Assembly: GCF_006345805.1 (NCBI RefSeq)
Contig: NC_043009.1
Span: 26,226,001 to 26,290,000, forward strand
DNA from: Octopus sinensis
Taxonomy: Eukaryota
Length of the DNA stretch: 64,000 bases
Direction: 5' to 3'
This document shows, piece after piece, positions 1 through 13,900 of the stretch (the first letter of the stretch is position 1; each line of letters begins with the position of its first letter). Both the position numbers and the translations under genes were made by a program. The notes below the pieces were generated by a model. The model was not told the origin of the DNA and did no database searches. It was given only the letters and a program-made list of their open reading frames with translations.

Positions 1-15
1 GAGTTCAACACAAGA

Positions 16-57
16 CACCTGAAGACGGCTGGAGCGTACAACAGTCGAAACGTAGTG
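16..57 (+). ncRNA. Minimal type I hammerhead ribozyme (PLE-type)
   Basis: Reads CAC-CUGAAGA-C-GGCUG(gagcguacaa)CAGUC-GAAAC-GUA-GUG. Intact core boxes, 5-bp stem II, stem I CAC/GUG, and a loopless palindromic ACGU stem III as in PLE HHRs. Confidence 0.75.
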
Positions 58-266
58 AAAATAACAATCAAGATGAGGACGCCAGTCGCCGACTAAAACA
101 AAAACTATTTATAAGAAATTCAACATTTGAGAGAACTTCTTTTGCGAGTGATGCGTGAGATAAGTTCGCCTTGTTTGTATACATACATACATACGCGCAC
201 ACACACACACACACACTCACACACATGCATACATGCATACATACATACTTACCTACATACATACAT

Positions 267-323
<57 letters not shown>

Positions 324-825
324 TACGTACATACATCTTTTATTTGTTCTCAGTTGCGAGAATGTGGTTATGGTAATGCACAGTATTCAAGAGTTTTAGT
401 CGAACCACTAGTTAACGAGAACGAAAACAAACCAACAGCTGTTGTCAAGCGGTGGGGGTGCGTGACAGAAAATATACAATGGCACCCACACACACATATC
501 TATTGATCTAGCAAGCGGAGCCTCATCTCAGTAAATGGGAAGGTGTGCAATAAAGCTGCCGAGAGGAAGACTGCGAAACGGTGCACATTCTTTCCTGAAT
601 ACTCTTATAAGATTTCTAGTGTCCAGTATGCGGAACTTTCAACTGATAGCACTTGTACCTGCAAGTCGTTTGCTAATATATATATATATATAATATATAT
701 ATAATTCACATAAAATAGTGTATATTATGTGAATAATATATAGTCTATTGATTGTTTTTTTGTGCTAGGCCACTGATAATAACAATTTCTAAAATTCTTA
801 TTACCCTAATATATTTATTATGGTT

Positions 826-876
<51 letters not shown>

Positions 877-894
877 CGTATATTTATTTATATG

Positions 895-1052
895 ACGGGT
901 CTGCAGGCAAATTCCGTCTACCAAATTCTTTCACAAGTCATTGGTTAGTCCGAGCCTAAAGCAAAAATCATATGGCCAAGATGCCATGCAATGGAACTGA
1001 ACTAGAAAACATGTAGTTACAAGGTAATATTCCTAACCAAAAAGCCATGCCT
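895..1052 (-). mobile_element. tRNA-derived CORE-like SINE (family B), diverged 5' part
   Basis: Reverse complement resembles the ggctgtgtggtaag...ttcagtcccactgcgtggcatcttgggcaagtg...gatttggtag head seen at 32948 and 62325. Confidence 0.7.
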
Positions 1053-1275
1053 GTCTTAGGAGAGAGAAAAAGAGAGAGAGAGAGAGGCCGGCCTATCAAT
1101 AGGTAGGAGTAGCGTCGAGAAGCACTTCCTAAAGAACAACTTTCTTATTTAATTCTCGTACACTTTTCTCTGATCCACAGCATAGCCTGCCCTAGTTTAA
1201 CCAATTAAACAAACCGTTTCTGTATAAAAAGCAAACCTTGTATGCTTGAAGATATACTCACCAGTTACACATTAA

Positions 1276-1316
<41 letters not shown>

Positions 1317-3327
1317 AAATTATAGTTATAATAATCACCGTGTTGATACAGCAGCGGACTACTAGCTGAAAGACATTGAGTTCATATTTGTAACAGGCGT
1401 TTCCTTATATAATTGATCAGTGTGACGTAAACTTCGCGCTCCACTTTACTTAATTGATGGGTCCTGCTTCGTATCAGCGTGGGGACAAGGAAAATTATCT
1501 ATTATCCGCTTCAGCGCCAGTAATTTCGGAATAAGCATCAATCGTAGAAAAAGCCCCTCCGGGCTTAGCGCACGGGTTTATTTTTTTATTTATTTGTTTA
1601 TGTATTTATTTATTTGTTTATTTATTACATGTTTATTTATGTTTACGCTTTAGCAGCAATATTGGTCGTTCTTATCACACACACATTTGTTTCATTCACG
1701 TGTGAATACCTTAAACAATTTATTGAAATTACGAATATGTGTGCACTGATTCTGGTAAATTTACTTCACGTGTTATACAGAGTCTGTGTGGGAGACTCTG
1801 AGTGACCGCTTGAATTGCTAGAAATAGTAATCAACTCTCCCTTGACGTGTATATTGTTGTATTTATTACGACATATACGGGTACATCAAGCGTCAGTTAT
1901 TTAAATACTTAACCCTTGTTGCGTTTGCTTGGTAATTTCTTGTTGTCTGTTTGTACTTTTAGGCGCTGAACCAATAGCAAAAAATTAAAATAAGACTTAG
2001 TTCCTATAGTCATCTAGTGAAGGCGTGTGGCCTAGTGGGTAGGATGCTACAATCGCAAGATCACGGCTTCGATTCCCGACCGGGCGGTGAACTGTTGAAT
2101 AATATTCTTCATTTCACGTTGCACCACATAATGCACCCCATTGTCCCCTTTTGCCTCTTATCTTTTCTCGAATTACTTTTTATTTCTGACTTCAGCATTG
2201 TATTTACTTGAGGTTTAACAAATATACCGACCTTCAGTTTAGCACCAGAGAATTTTGGAAAGGAGTATTTTGATCATTATTATTTATCATTGCATCTAGA
2301 TCCGTTTGTTTTATCTTTAATCGAACAGCCAAAAGAATGTACGTTACTAATAATTTTAAAACTCATGTTCGCAAGATCACGTAGCAGTAATTTCAAGAAA
2401 GATTACACTACACTGGAAAGAGACTTGTAAAGCTTCTTCAAATTCTTAGTTTTTACAAACGCTTTATGTGAATTGGAAACTAAGTTACCACACTTTTACC
2501 TAAGTGTTTACGAAGAGGCTCCTTGAAGATCTCTGATCTTTGCTGGTTGCAATTTTCTACAGTTTAGAGCGCTGAAGTTGCTGGAAATGATCCTCAACGG
2601 CTCTGAAATTAGTTAAATAGAGAAAACATGAGTATTAAGTAAATCCAGTCTGCAAAGCAAGCACAAAGGCAAGAATCTTAAAATCTCACCGACGCACACA
2701 TTCCCCGCTTCAATTCTGCTGACTGGATTGATTTTGGCAAGTAGTTGTTTAACTTGTTTGTAATCATCTTTCTTCTGTACCGAGTGAGCGAGGAAATGGC
2801 TGTCACTGTGAAGTTAACTGCACTCTCAGAGACTTAAAGTTTACAGGCTCCTAACAAACCGAACTAAGAAGTTTTGGCACAGTTGTACCATGTAAACAAC
2901 AGGAAACCATTGACTTCGTTTGACTATATTCTAAATATAACGGTACTAACAGTGCTTCATGAACGTCTGGGTCCTTTGCTTTTATAGTGACAGCATTGAG
3001 CACCGAATGGGTGATGTAGCGATGCCTAAGCTGTTTCTTGTTTTCTTTAATACTGAATGGTGCCAATGGCCCCAGTATTTAACACTCAATGGCCCAGTTC
3101 ACCAAGTTGTAAGTACGCACTCCAAAGTGCGGATAATGTGTATAGGTTGCGTTGTAGTTAGAAATCGCAACAAGTCTGTCAGCCTACAGTGGTGAGTTCA
3201 ATTCTCCCAGTGGACATGGAAAAAGAATGGGAAACATGTCCAGTGTAATCTTTCTTAAAATTACTTTGAAATGTTTGATAAAAGATAATACGAAAAGTTT
3301 TTAATTTAATGAATGATAATAATAACA

Positions 3328-3980
3328 CTTTCTACTATAGGCACGAGGCCAGAAATTAATACGGGGTGGGGTACTAGTCGATTACGTCGACCCCAGATCT
3401 CGATTGATACTTCTTTCATTGACCCTTAAAGGATAAAAAGTAAAGTCAACTTCGGAAGAATTTGAACCTGGAACGTAAAGGCAGACGAAATGTAGCGAAG
3501 CACTTTGTCCGGCGTATTAACGACTCGGCCAGCTCGCCTTCTTAATAAGACCAATATTGCTTTTTGTTAGAGGCACATGCCTGATATCTTGGGGATGAGG
3601 GACAGTCGATCATCATCGACCCTGAAAGGATGAAAAACAAAGTTAAACTCGGCGGAATTTGAACTCGGAAAGTAAAGCCCGAAGAAATTCCCTTTTAATA
3701 ATAATAATAATAATGATAATTTCTAATATAGGTACAAGATGGGCGAAATGCCGCTAAGCATTTGCTCGTCAGGCTAAGGAATTTGCCACCTCGCCACCTT
3801 CCACCTTTTTTAATAATAATAATGATAAAGGTTTCAAATTTTGGCACAAGGCCAGCAAGTACGGGGGGGGGGTTGATTCGTCAGTGTCCAGCTGGTACTT
3901 ATTCTATCGATCCCGAAACGATGAAAGTCAAAGTCAACCTCGGCGCAATTTGAACGTAAAGACGGACGAAATACCGATAA
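3328..3980 (-). mobile_element. Cluster of MetaSINE-like tRNA SINE fragments (family A)
   Basis: Repeated gaccc..aaaggatgaaa..aaagtcaacctcggcggaatttgaac block, separated by (TAA)n. Confidence 0.8.
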
Positions 3981-4137
3981 GTATTTTAGTTTCCGTCTAT
4001 CAAATCCACTCATAAGGCTTTGGTCGGCCCGGGGCTCTAGTAGAAGCGTGCCCATGGTTCCACACAATGGGACTGAACCCAGAACTCTGTGGGTGGGAAG
4101 CAAGTTTCTTATTTATTTTAATCCTTTAATTTACAAA

Positions 4138-4387
4138 GGCGGCGAGCTGGCAGAAACGTTAGCACGCCGGGCGAAATGCTTAGCATTATTTCGTCTGTCT
4201 TACGTTTTTGTAGGAAGTAAAGAAATAGGTATTTCGTCTGCCGCTACGTTCCGAGTTCAAATTTCGCCGAGGTCGGCTTTGCCTTTCATCCTTTCGGGGT
4301 CGATAAATTAAGAACCAGTTACGTACTGGAGTCGATCTAATCGATTTACCCAAAATTTTGGGCCCTGTGCCTAGAGTAAAAAAGAAT
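4138..4387 (+). mobile_element. MetaSINE-like SINE, dimeric form with internal deletion
   Basis: Head ggcggcgagctggcagaaacgttagc, B-box gagttcaaat, central gcctttcatcctttcggggtcgataaa block, and an aaagaaatag/gtatttcgtc junction. Confidence 0.8.
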
Positions 4388-5931
4388 CTTTTCATTTACA
4401 ATTACAAAGAACAATACAACAATTAAATAGTTGACATTTCAAGAACGAAGTTCAAACGATAATTTTGCCAATAATTCTCAAAATAAATTTTCTGAAAACT
4501 TCAGCACGAATTTTTTTTACACGAAAATATCTCGAACAAAAATAAAGCGAAAAGAAAAAAAATGACCTTCAAAGGAAAACAGAGAATAAAAAATTATTTT
4601 TTTCTCTATGAAAACATTTTATATTCTGCTTGCTAATAAAGATTTACAACATTAGACAAAATAAAATGAAATATCATTATTATAGTTTTGTTTAGTAAGG
4701 TGAATATTTAGTATCTTTGCTGTTATGTTTGAAATTCCAGGAAGAAGCGCGTAAGTCACTCTGTTGTTTTTATAAATGTCAGGACTCGGAAAGAGTTATA
4801 TATAACCGTAACAAGCACGATTGTTAATTCTCGCTGACTCCGTGGATGTTCCACGGTTTAATTAGAAGGAAGCTGCAAGATTAAAATGACATTTTAAATG
4901 TTTTATTTAGAAGTTACACACATACACGTAAAAGGAACAAATAAGAGAAATGAGGTGAGAGAGTAGATGTTTATTACATTCATTTACAGCTGTTCCATAA
5001 TATTGTTAGTTATACAATAAATGTTATATTAATCACGCACACACAAACACACACACACAAATAATATACACAGTACCTTTATAGGTGCCAGATCAGACAA
5101 CGGGAAGCGCTCCATATGAAGTCGCTCTACAGTATACTTTGTCTCACATAGCAGGACAAGGTGCCGCATACCAAAATTCTCTTGACGGTTGGGATCTAGT
5201 ACTGAGGCCTGCAACGTTCGTTGTCTTCTCCGCTGGGTTGGCCATGGGATTTGAATGCTGAGTAACCGGCTCCCAAAGCTGGTTCTCTTCAGTGAGATCG
5301 AATAGGAAAGTAGGCCTCGTGGACATCCAATATTTCGCTTTTATGAGTATCTCAAGTGGCCTTTCACTTTATGCGGTATACCTCCCAATCGGATGGTGCC
5401 CTTGGCTGTTAATAGGCAGATATGGAAGTCCATGTGTAACGCTGGAGGAGAGCACTTTGAAACCGAACGCAGGAAACTGCACGAAGAGAAGAGACGTCGT
5501 CATCAAATTCCCTGCAGTTGTTGTTCGGAGTCACTTTCAGTGCCCCCAGTTCCACAGGATCTGCCTATCTTGTATTGGTCTTGTCAGTCACGTCCGCTTC
5601 CAAGAGAAATGATGTGCTGGAGGCGAAGTAGGAGGATGAATGTCCTGGATCGACGCTGTCCTCAACCTTTGATAGGCTGTCATATGCAATAAGCAAGCTA
5701 GCATCTAATTCCATTTATTTACCACACAACAAAATATACCGAATAAATTTAACAAATACCTGAAACTACAGCAAGGGAATATCTTACTCATCTACAACTT
5801 AAGGATAAACAATATTTGGCTTAGAAGAGAGTCATCTTTTAGTTTCCACGTATACAAATGCAAATGGCGTGCGCCCATACACACATATTCTTATACTCTC
5901 TCACACACACATAGATACAGAGGTAATTGTC

Positions 5932-5988
<57 letters not shown>

Positions 5989-6456
5989 CGTGTGCCACTA
6001 GCGTTCATATGTGTGCAAGTGAAGGTTAGAACGTGCTAATAGCTTTCCTTTCAATCTCTTTATGAAACACACACACACTTTCACCATCTCATCTTCTCAG
6101 TGTGACAGATTGTTTACACCAAGGGAATTTACCGTGAGCAATCTGATACAAAAGGTAGATGCTTTTGCCAGAAGGAAGTTACAGTATCAATATCAATGCC
6201 GTCACGTGACAGGAATGTTAGGACGTTGCATGGTTAAGATCTTGCCTCACAGCATTACATCTTGGGTCGACTTCACCTTTTATCGTTCTGCAATCAATAG
6301 AATAGTTCCGATTAATAAGATGAATAATTATAAATTTGTGGAAATGCGGTGCATTGGTTGAGCGTCAAAGAAAATAGTATGGTGATTTACGTTCTGAGTT
6401 CAAATCCTCCCGAGATCTAATTTGTTTTTGATCCACTTGGGAGAGTTGTGTGCATC

Positions 6457-6694
6457 AGAGCCGTCTTCACAGCCATATAGCCCCCACCTGGCAGATCGAT
6501 GCGCTGGGCCCTATCGATTTCATTCATTGATTTTAAGTCACCGCATACATAGATCAAACCTGAGCCTGCTGACTTGTGGGGCCCTTGGGCAATTCAATGG
6601 ACTGGCCCCCTATTCTTTTTATTTTGTGAAAGCAAATCACGGCATACATTGATTAGAATTGGGTCCCTAAATCTGTGAGGCCCCTGGGCAACCG
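6457..6694. mobile_element. Possible hAT-type MITE fragment
   Basis: Starts cagagccgtctt and carries several gggccc/ggcccc subterminal motifs. No second TIR was found. Confidence 0.35.
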
Positions 6695-7055
6695 TATGTA
6701 TATATAAATACATATATATATATATATATATATGTATGTATATATATATGTGTATATATATATATACATACACATATATATGTATACATACTTATATACA
6801 TCCTCCTACACGTCTTCTACTTCTTCCACTCCTCCTCCTCCTCATCATCAGCAGCAGTATAGTCATTATCATCTTTATTGCAGTTGACATGATCGTCGTC
6901 GCTGGCCTGATACTCTCTGTATATATACATACATGCATATATACATACATACATACATACACACATATATGCATGTATGTATATACTTATGGTATATATA
7001 TACACACATATACACAAACATAAATATGCATATGTACACGTACACACACACACAC

Positions 7056-7091
<36 letters not shown>

Positions 7092-7244
7092 CGTATATAT
7101 ATATATATATATACGTATATATATATATATACATACATATACATATACATACATATATATATAAATAATACACATATACATATATACATATATGCATATA
7201 TATATACATATACATACATGCATATATATATATACATACATATA

Positions 7245-7291
<47 letters not shown>

Positions 7292-7320
7292 CGCACACAC
7301 ACACACACACACACACACAT
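6695..7320. repeat. Compound (TA)n/(CA)n/(TACA)n microsatellite
   Basis: Direct reading. Confidence 0.95.
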
Positions 7321-8270
7321 GAAGTAAACTGGCAACATCCAGTCAACGTAGCAATCATTCAGTCAGTGATCCGACTGATAATTATCAACAAAGATTTTAA
7401 GAATATTGATGAAGCCTCAGCTAATCAGCTTCCGTTCTAGCGTTGCCTTTAAAGGTGAACTGTATTTACTGCTTAATTAAAGAGAAATTATCAAAATTGG
7501 GCCATAAATTTAGATTCTAGTCTGTAATCAAGCTATTGACTCTCATTGTATTTACACTAATACAACTTAATTAAAATTATCCATCTTTTTCATACAAATA
7601 TATACGGAGGTATGTATGTGTATATGTATGTGTGTTTGCATGTATGTATGTATGTACGTATGTATATACGTAAGTATTTACGCACTACGTACTTATATGT
7701 ATGTATGTATGTATGTGTGTATGTATGTATGTATGTATGTATGTATGTATGTATGTATGTATGTATGTATGCCAGTGTGTATGTATGTACGGACGTAGGA
7801 ACGTATGTATATATTATGTACGCATGTAGGACGTATGTATGTATGTACGTATGTATGTATGTAAGTATGTTTAGTGTATGTATGTATGATTTTTCTTTGA
7901 GAATTCTTTAAATTCCTCATAAAAGATATCTCAAATCAGTTGCTAACAAAGCGACGTGACATTTCGCGTTAAGAGACGTACTGGTGTTTGTAAATATGTG
8001 GTTGAGTTGATGCGTTTGTGGAATTGTCGATGCATACATCCAGGTATATTGATGATATATTCATTGTGATAGAAGCTGAAAGACTATCAGATCCTAAGAA
8101 TAATGCCATCATTGCATTTTTCACATTTATAACCCAACGTAAACTCGAATATATATTTAGCCCATCACACCACCTCCATAATAAAATAGACAATTATAAG
8201 GATAAGAATCAGCTCATATGGTATCTTACTATACACACACACAAACTAAGTCATAAATACCTGCTTATCA

Positions 8271-8553
8271 CGTGATCATGTGACCGACCAGGCCATCAGA
8301 TGTTGCTACACATTGCTGGTCCCAATGCGCTTCGCATTGTTTTAGCCTTCAAACGACGCCATCCCGCTTGTTAAACGAGCAGACCAACAGAAGAAAGAGT
8401 ACAGCAGGGTTCGCCACCACCCCCTGCAGGAGTCTCGTAGAGTTCTAGGTGTTTTCGCTCAATAAACACTCGCAACGCCCGGTCTGGGAATCGAAACCGC
8501 GATCCTACGACCGCGGGTCCACTGCCCTAACCACTGGGCCATTGCGCCTCCAC
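8271..8553 (-). mobile_element. tRNA-derived SINE (family C), near full length
   Basis: Minus strand reads ggaggcgcaatggcccagtggttagggc (A box)...ggtttcgattccc (B box), then body and (gtgatcac)-type tail. Related heads lie at ~2017, 14365-14620, 35100-35345, 56975-57177 and 61905-62112. Confidence 0.85.
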
Positions 8554-8933
8554 TTATACGGGGGCATGATACAAAATATCTGTAGACAAATCCCTTCTTT
8601 GACGAATTTCCAAATATTCATTCACTAGGTACAGTCATGGCTGTTTTGTCAAGAAACTCACTTTGTAACCACGTGGCTTTGTGTTCAGTCCCACTGTACA
8701 GCATTTTGGTCACATGTCTTCTACTATGATTCCAGACCGACGAATGCTTCATAAGTGAATTCGGTGTACAGAAAGTGAGTGGAAGACCGTCATATATACA
8801 TACACGACGGTCTTCATCTAAAAGCCTTCAAGGTGATGCTGTAGCATGGTCGCAGTCCGATTACTGAAACAAATATATCCTAAATGAAAAAGTAATTTTA
8901 GATAAGGGAAGCTTATGTTTGAAGTAAATATTA

Positions 8934-9179
8934 TTTGTAGTAACGATTGTTTGCCAACATAAAACAATAGTCCTGGTTTAGGACTAATGTTGCTGTAATT
9001 TAGCCCCAGGAGACATCGTCTGCAGCTGGCTATACGACACCATCTGAGTCCTTATATGTGTCGTTATAGATCGTGTCGTATAGCCAGCTGGAGACGGTGT
9101 CTCCTGGGGCTAAATAACAGCAACATTAGTCCTAAACCAGGAATGCCATGTTATGTTGGCACACAATCTTTACTACAAA
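8934..9179. mobile_element. Foldback/hairpin MITE-like element
   Basis: Arms 8934-9045 and 9068-9179 are imperfect reverse complements around a ~22-bp spacer. Confidence 0.8.
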
Positions 9180-10264
9180 GTACTGTTGCTGAATATCTCA
9201 GGTTGTGAGATTTAAAAATAGTAATTTTTTCATAAATATTATTTATTAACAGTTGCCATAGAAATTTACAGAAGTAGATTTATTTATATTGATAGAGGTA
9301 CATGACACTCAAGAATCAAATGCACCCTGGTTACAAGATGGATGAATACGCCATTGAAAAAAAAACAATGTTACTTACACCATATCTAACCACAAATACA
9401 GAGTCAGAATGTATTACAATAACTCCAAGATGAAATATGCTTTAATTAAAATAGATAGACTAACTAGCACACCACAAAATATACTTCAGAAAACAGATGT
9501 AATATACTTATTTTGAAGTAAACGTGAAAGTTGTAAACTCCATAACTCAGACTGTCACATCTGACTTGCATGTAAAATACTTGAGTATGTATTTACCATA
9601 CGGAAACTTTATAAAATATTAGAATACAGTAGATAAAATTAGAAAGAATAATTTTAGTTGCCAGGTCCACAATTTTATATAGTATATAAGAAAAGAAAGA
9701 GGAAAAGCACTGCGCTAGAACAGAAACCAACACAAACACAAATGCAACACATGAAAAAAAAAAGAAACCTGCAAGGATTTAACCATTGAATAATATCTAA
9801 ATCAGTCGTTTGGGGGATCTTATCACTTTTAGCAATAGTTTTGTGGTCATTTGTCACCTACTGCAAATGGCGCACGTAACACGCCATTATTATCACTAAT
9901 GTGATGGCGAGGCCGGTGTGTTCTTGAAACGTTAATGAATTAATGGATTTAAGGAGAATATTTTGCCGAAAACTAAATAAGACTAATAAGTAAATATAAA
10001 AACAGTCTGAATAAAAGAGCGGTGGACGCAAACACGTACGCACACACAAACACACACACACACTCAGTACACACGTTCGTACACACATACGCACATGCAC
10101 ATCAACACACACAAAAATACATACATACAGGCATATTTCCTTACACATCCATAATTATATATGTATATGTGTGCGTGTATGTGTGTGTGTGAGGTTTAAA
10201 TTTAATGAACACTATATACATATATATTTTTGCAAGAGAAAGAAACGCGCTCACACACATACAT

Positions 10265-10727
<463 letters not shown>

Positions 10728-11015
10728 AACGCACACACATGTACACACGTAAACATACACATATATACACATATATACATATACACACATCAATATAATG
10801 TGTCAACACATGACCTCATTAATTACTTCTTACGTCCAAAATTTTATTGATTCATGTCACAATGTTTGTGGTTTAATGGTTTAATATGTGTGTTATTCAA
10901 GTGGACATTGACAGCAATGAATTCTGAATAGTATATATGTGTTTGTTTGTGTGTGTGTATGCGTATGTATGTATGTATGTATGTATGTATGTATGTATGT
11001 ATGTATGTATGTATG

Positions 11016-11046
<31 letters not shown>

Positions 11047-11605
11047 GTGTCTGTGTCAGCTTGATGTGTGGACAATCAGCACAATACAATTTTCAGGTAA
11101 ACCTTTGTTGAAATAAAATATTGAAGTCTTTAAGTAGATAGGAATACACAACTTTTCAGGACAGCATAATATACAAGTGTATGAATGTGTCAGTGAAGTA
11201 AATACAGAGAACGGCGAAGTGATTCGTAGCACGACAAGAAATCAATTCGTTTCGTTGTGTCTGTATGTATACAGTTTGAAAGTTAGTACTAAGAATCTCA
11301 TCAATTCGTTCATATTTATTCACTGTATTATATAGTATTGAAATATTAACGACTGTAGCCTCCGCGTTTCTCGTCCCAATGTATGTGAGTATATACATTT
11401 AAAAGCTGACATGCAGCAAATGGTCACACACGCACACATATATATATGTATGTATATATGTATACGTGTGTGTTTATTTGTATGTATGTATATATGATTG
11501 TCTATGAAGAAAGAGAAACGGGTGAATTCATAAATATATATCAATATATGATATGCATATCTATATGTATATACATACACATACACGCATATACGCATTC
11601 TCCCC

Positions 11606-11647
<42 letters not shown>

Positions 11648-11743
11648 CGGGAAGCTTTATGAAAATAAACAAAAGACGAAGGCGGGTGGAATACAAATAA
11701 ACAATTGTATTAGTATGGCGCTCAGGAATATAAATAAAACAAG

Positions 11744-11781
11744 TCCTTTACGTTTCGAGCCTACGCTCTTCAACAGAAAGA
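11744..11781 (-). ncRNA. Minimal hammerhead-like motif with variant core (CUGUUGA)
   Basis: Reads UCUUU-CUGUUGA-A-GAGC(guag)GCUC-GAAAC-GUA-AAGGA. Stems I and II pair, and A6 is replaced by U. Confidence 0.65.
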
Positions 11782-12501
11782 TACACAGAAAAGAAACACG
11801 GAGAGAAACAAGGAGAGAAAAAAATGCGTGCAGAAGCTAGCGAATCAACATGGCGATCTGATTCCGGCCAGAAGTCAAAGATCAAACGTGAGACGCAAGA
11901 GCGAAAATAGGGGAGATAACAGGGTCAAATGACCACGCCACAACATAAGGGTGTGTGTATGTATGAGAGAGTATGTAGTGCGTATGAGAGGTCTGGACGT
12001 GTGTATGTATGTATGATGTGATGTGTAATGTCGTATGGTGTAGTGTAGAGGAGATGAGGGGAGGAGAGGGGGAGATAATAAGGGGGAGGGGGAGGTAAGG
12101 TGGAGAGATGAGGGGGGAAGAGAGGGGAGGGGGAGAGTGAGAGAGAGGAAGAGGGGGAGGAGGAGAGGAAGAGGAGGGGAAAATGAAAGAAGGAGGGGGG
12201 TGAGGGTGAGATGAGTTGAGGGGGGAGGGGAGGGGGAGAATGAAAGAGAAGAGGAGGGAGGAGGAGGGGAAGGGGAGAAGGACGGAGAGGAGAAGAGGAG
12301 GGAGGATAGAGAGGGGGAAGGGGGGAAGGAGAGGAGAGGAGAAAGAGGGGGAGGAGAGAGAGGGGGGGAGAGAATGGAGTGAGGGCAAGAGAAAGAGGGA
12401 AGGGGAAGAGGGAAGAAGAAAGAGGGAAGAAGGGAAGAGGAGGGAAAGAGAGTAGGGGTTAAAGGATGAAGGACTGAAGAGAAGTAGGGGTCGGGGGGAG
12501 G

Positions 12502-12820
12502 TTAGATGAGGAGGGGGAGAGTTGAGACCAAATGGCGTAAAAGAGCGAAGAAGAAGATTAATTCCTGTTCACGGCGCACGGGGAACGGTCCGGATGGCCT
12601 CTGTGCAAGGACAAACCGAACACAGACAGGTGTTGCAAGGAATGACCGGTGGAGCGGAAATGGCGTGAGACCGGTGTGTCGTTGGCAAGGCGGATGTCAC
12701 GGAGGTGTTCCGCGAACCGGTCAGCCAAGCGGCGTCCCGTTTATTCGATGTACAGGGAATGGCAGAGAGAGCAAGAGATGCAATAGATGATATTGCTGGA
12801 GGTGCAGGTGAAGGAGTTGA
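12502..12820 (-). pseudogene. PLE GIY-YIG endonuclease remnant
   Basis: Manual translation gives NSFTCTSSNIIYCISCSLCHSLYIE*TGRRLADRFAEHLRDIRLANDTPVSRHF...RREQELIF...PFGLN, with IIY/YI(G), CxxC, catalytic R, EH and GLN motifs. Contains a stop and frameshifts, and this frame is absent from the ORF track. Confidence 0.85.
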
Positions 12821-12953
12821 TACATACATAGATACACAGACACACGCACACGCACAGACAACTATATATATATACAGAGTGGGAGAGAGCGAGAGAAAGA
12901 GCAAGAGAGAGAGAGAGAGTGGGAAAGGTTGATATATTGTTTCATTAATGCAT

Positions 12954-12985
<32 letters not shown>

Positions 12986-13277
12986 GTATATAGATCGATA
13001 GAAAGGTAAACATCCATACATCTGCGCACGCGTGCGCATGTACTGAATCACCTTTTATCCTATAAACAGTTTTAGAAGGCCTCCACCCCGTTATAAATAT
13101 ATCATAGTTTCTCTTGCTTATATCGTTACACTCTACAGAATTGTTGCATGACCCGAGTAACTATCAAACCACTTTCAATATATAAACAACAGACACAGAT
13201 TTCTCTAGACGTTATTAATTTCATTAGAAGAGCTAAAAGTCGGTTAATTACAGTAAATGTTTTACGATACACATTTG

Positions 13278-13635
<358 letters not shown>

Positions 13636-13841
13636 TACCTATTAATATATGCACACATATACATAAATATGTGTGTACACATATAAATATACACCCCGCC
13701 ACACACACCCATATATATATATATATATAATATGTGACAATTATTCAGTATCCAGTCACATATTACATTTACAGTTAAATTCCTCTATTTACATAATATC
13801 GAGGTCTCTTTCTTTCTTTTGTTGTCTTACCATTTTTATCA

Positions 13842-13900
<59 letters not shown>

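Larger units (their letters stand above)
11646..12820 (-). mobile_element. Penelope-like element (Neptune-type), 5'-truncated: endonuclease, 3' UTR and HHR
   Basis: GIY-YIG coding remnant followed by a C/T-rich UTR and an HHR, ending in (TA)n. Confidence 0.85.

Noticed and set aside
1388-1425. Minus-strand CUGAUCA...GAAAC-GCCU-GUU HHR-like string
   Set aside because: G8 is absent and stem I does not pair.
2340-3300. Non-repetitive, moderately GC-rich stretch that might be an exon or transposase
   Set aside because: No recognisable motif in the available translations and no convincing splice-bounded frame. A translated search would be needed.
4860-5700. Possible LTR-element remnant on the minus strand (TATA-like ctataaa and aataaa)
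   Set aside because: No second LTR, PBS, PPT or protein motif was seen.
8480-8553. tRNA-like sequence
   Set aside because: It continues into a SINE body and tail and has multiple diverged relatives, so it is a SINE head rather than a tRNA gene.
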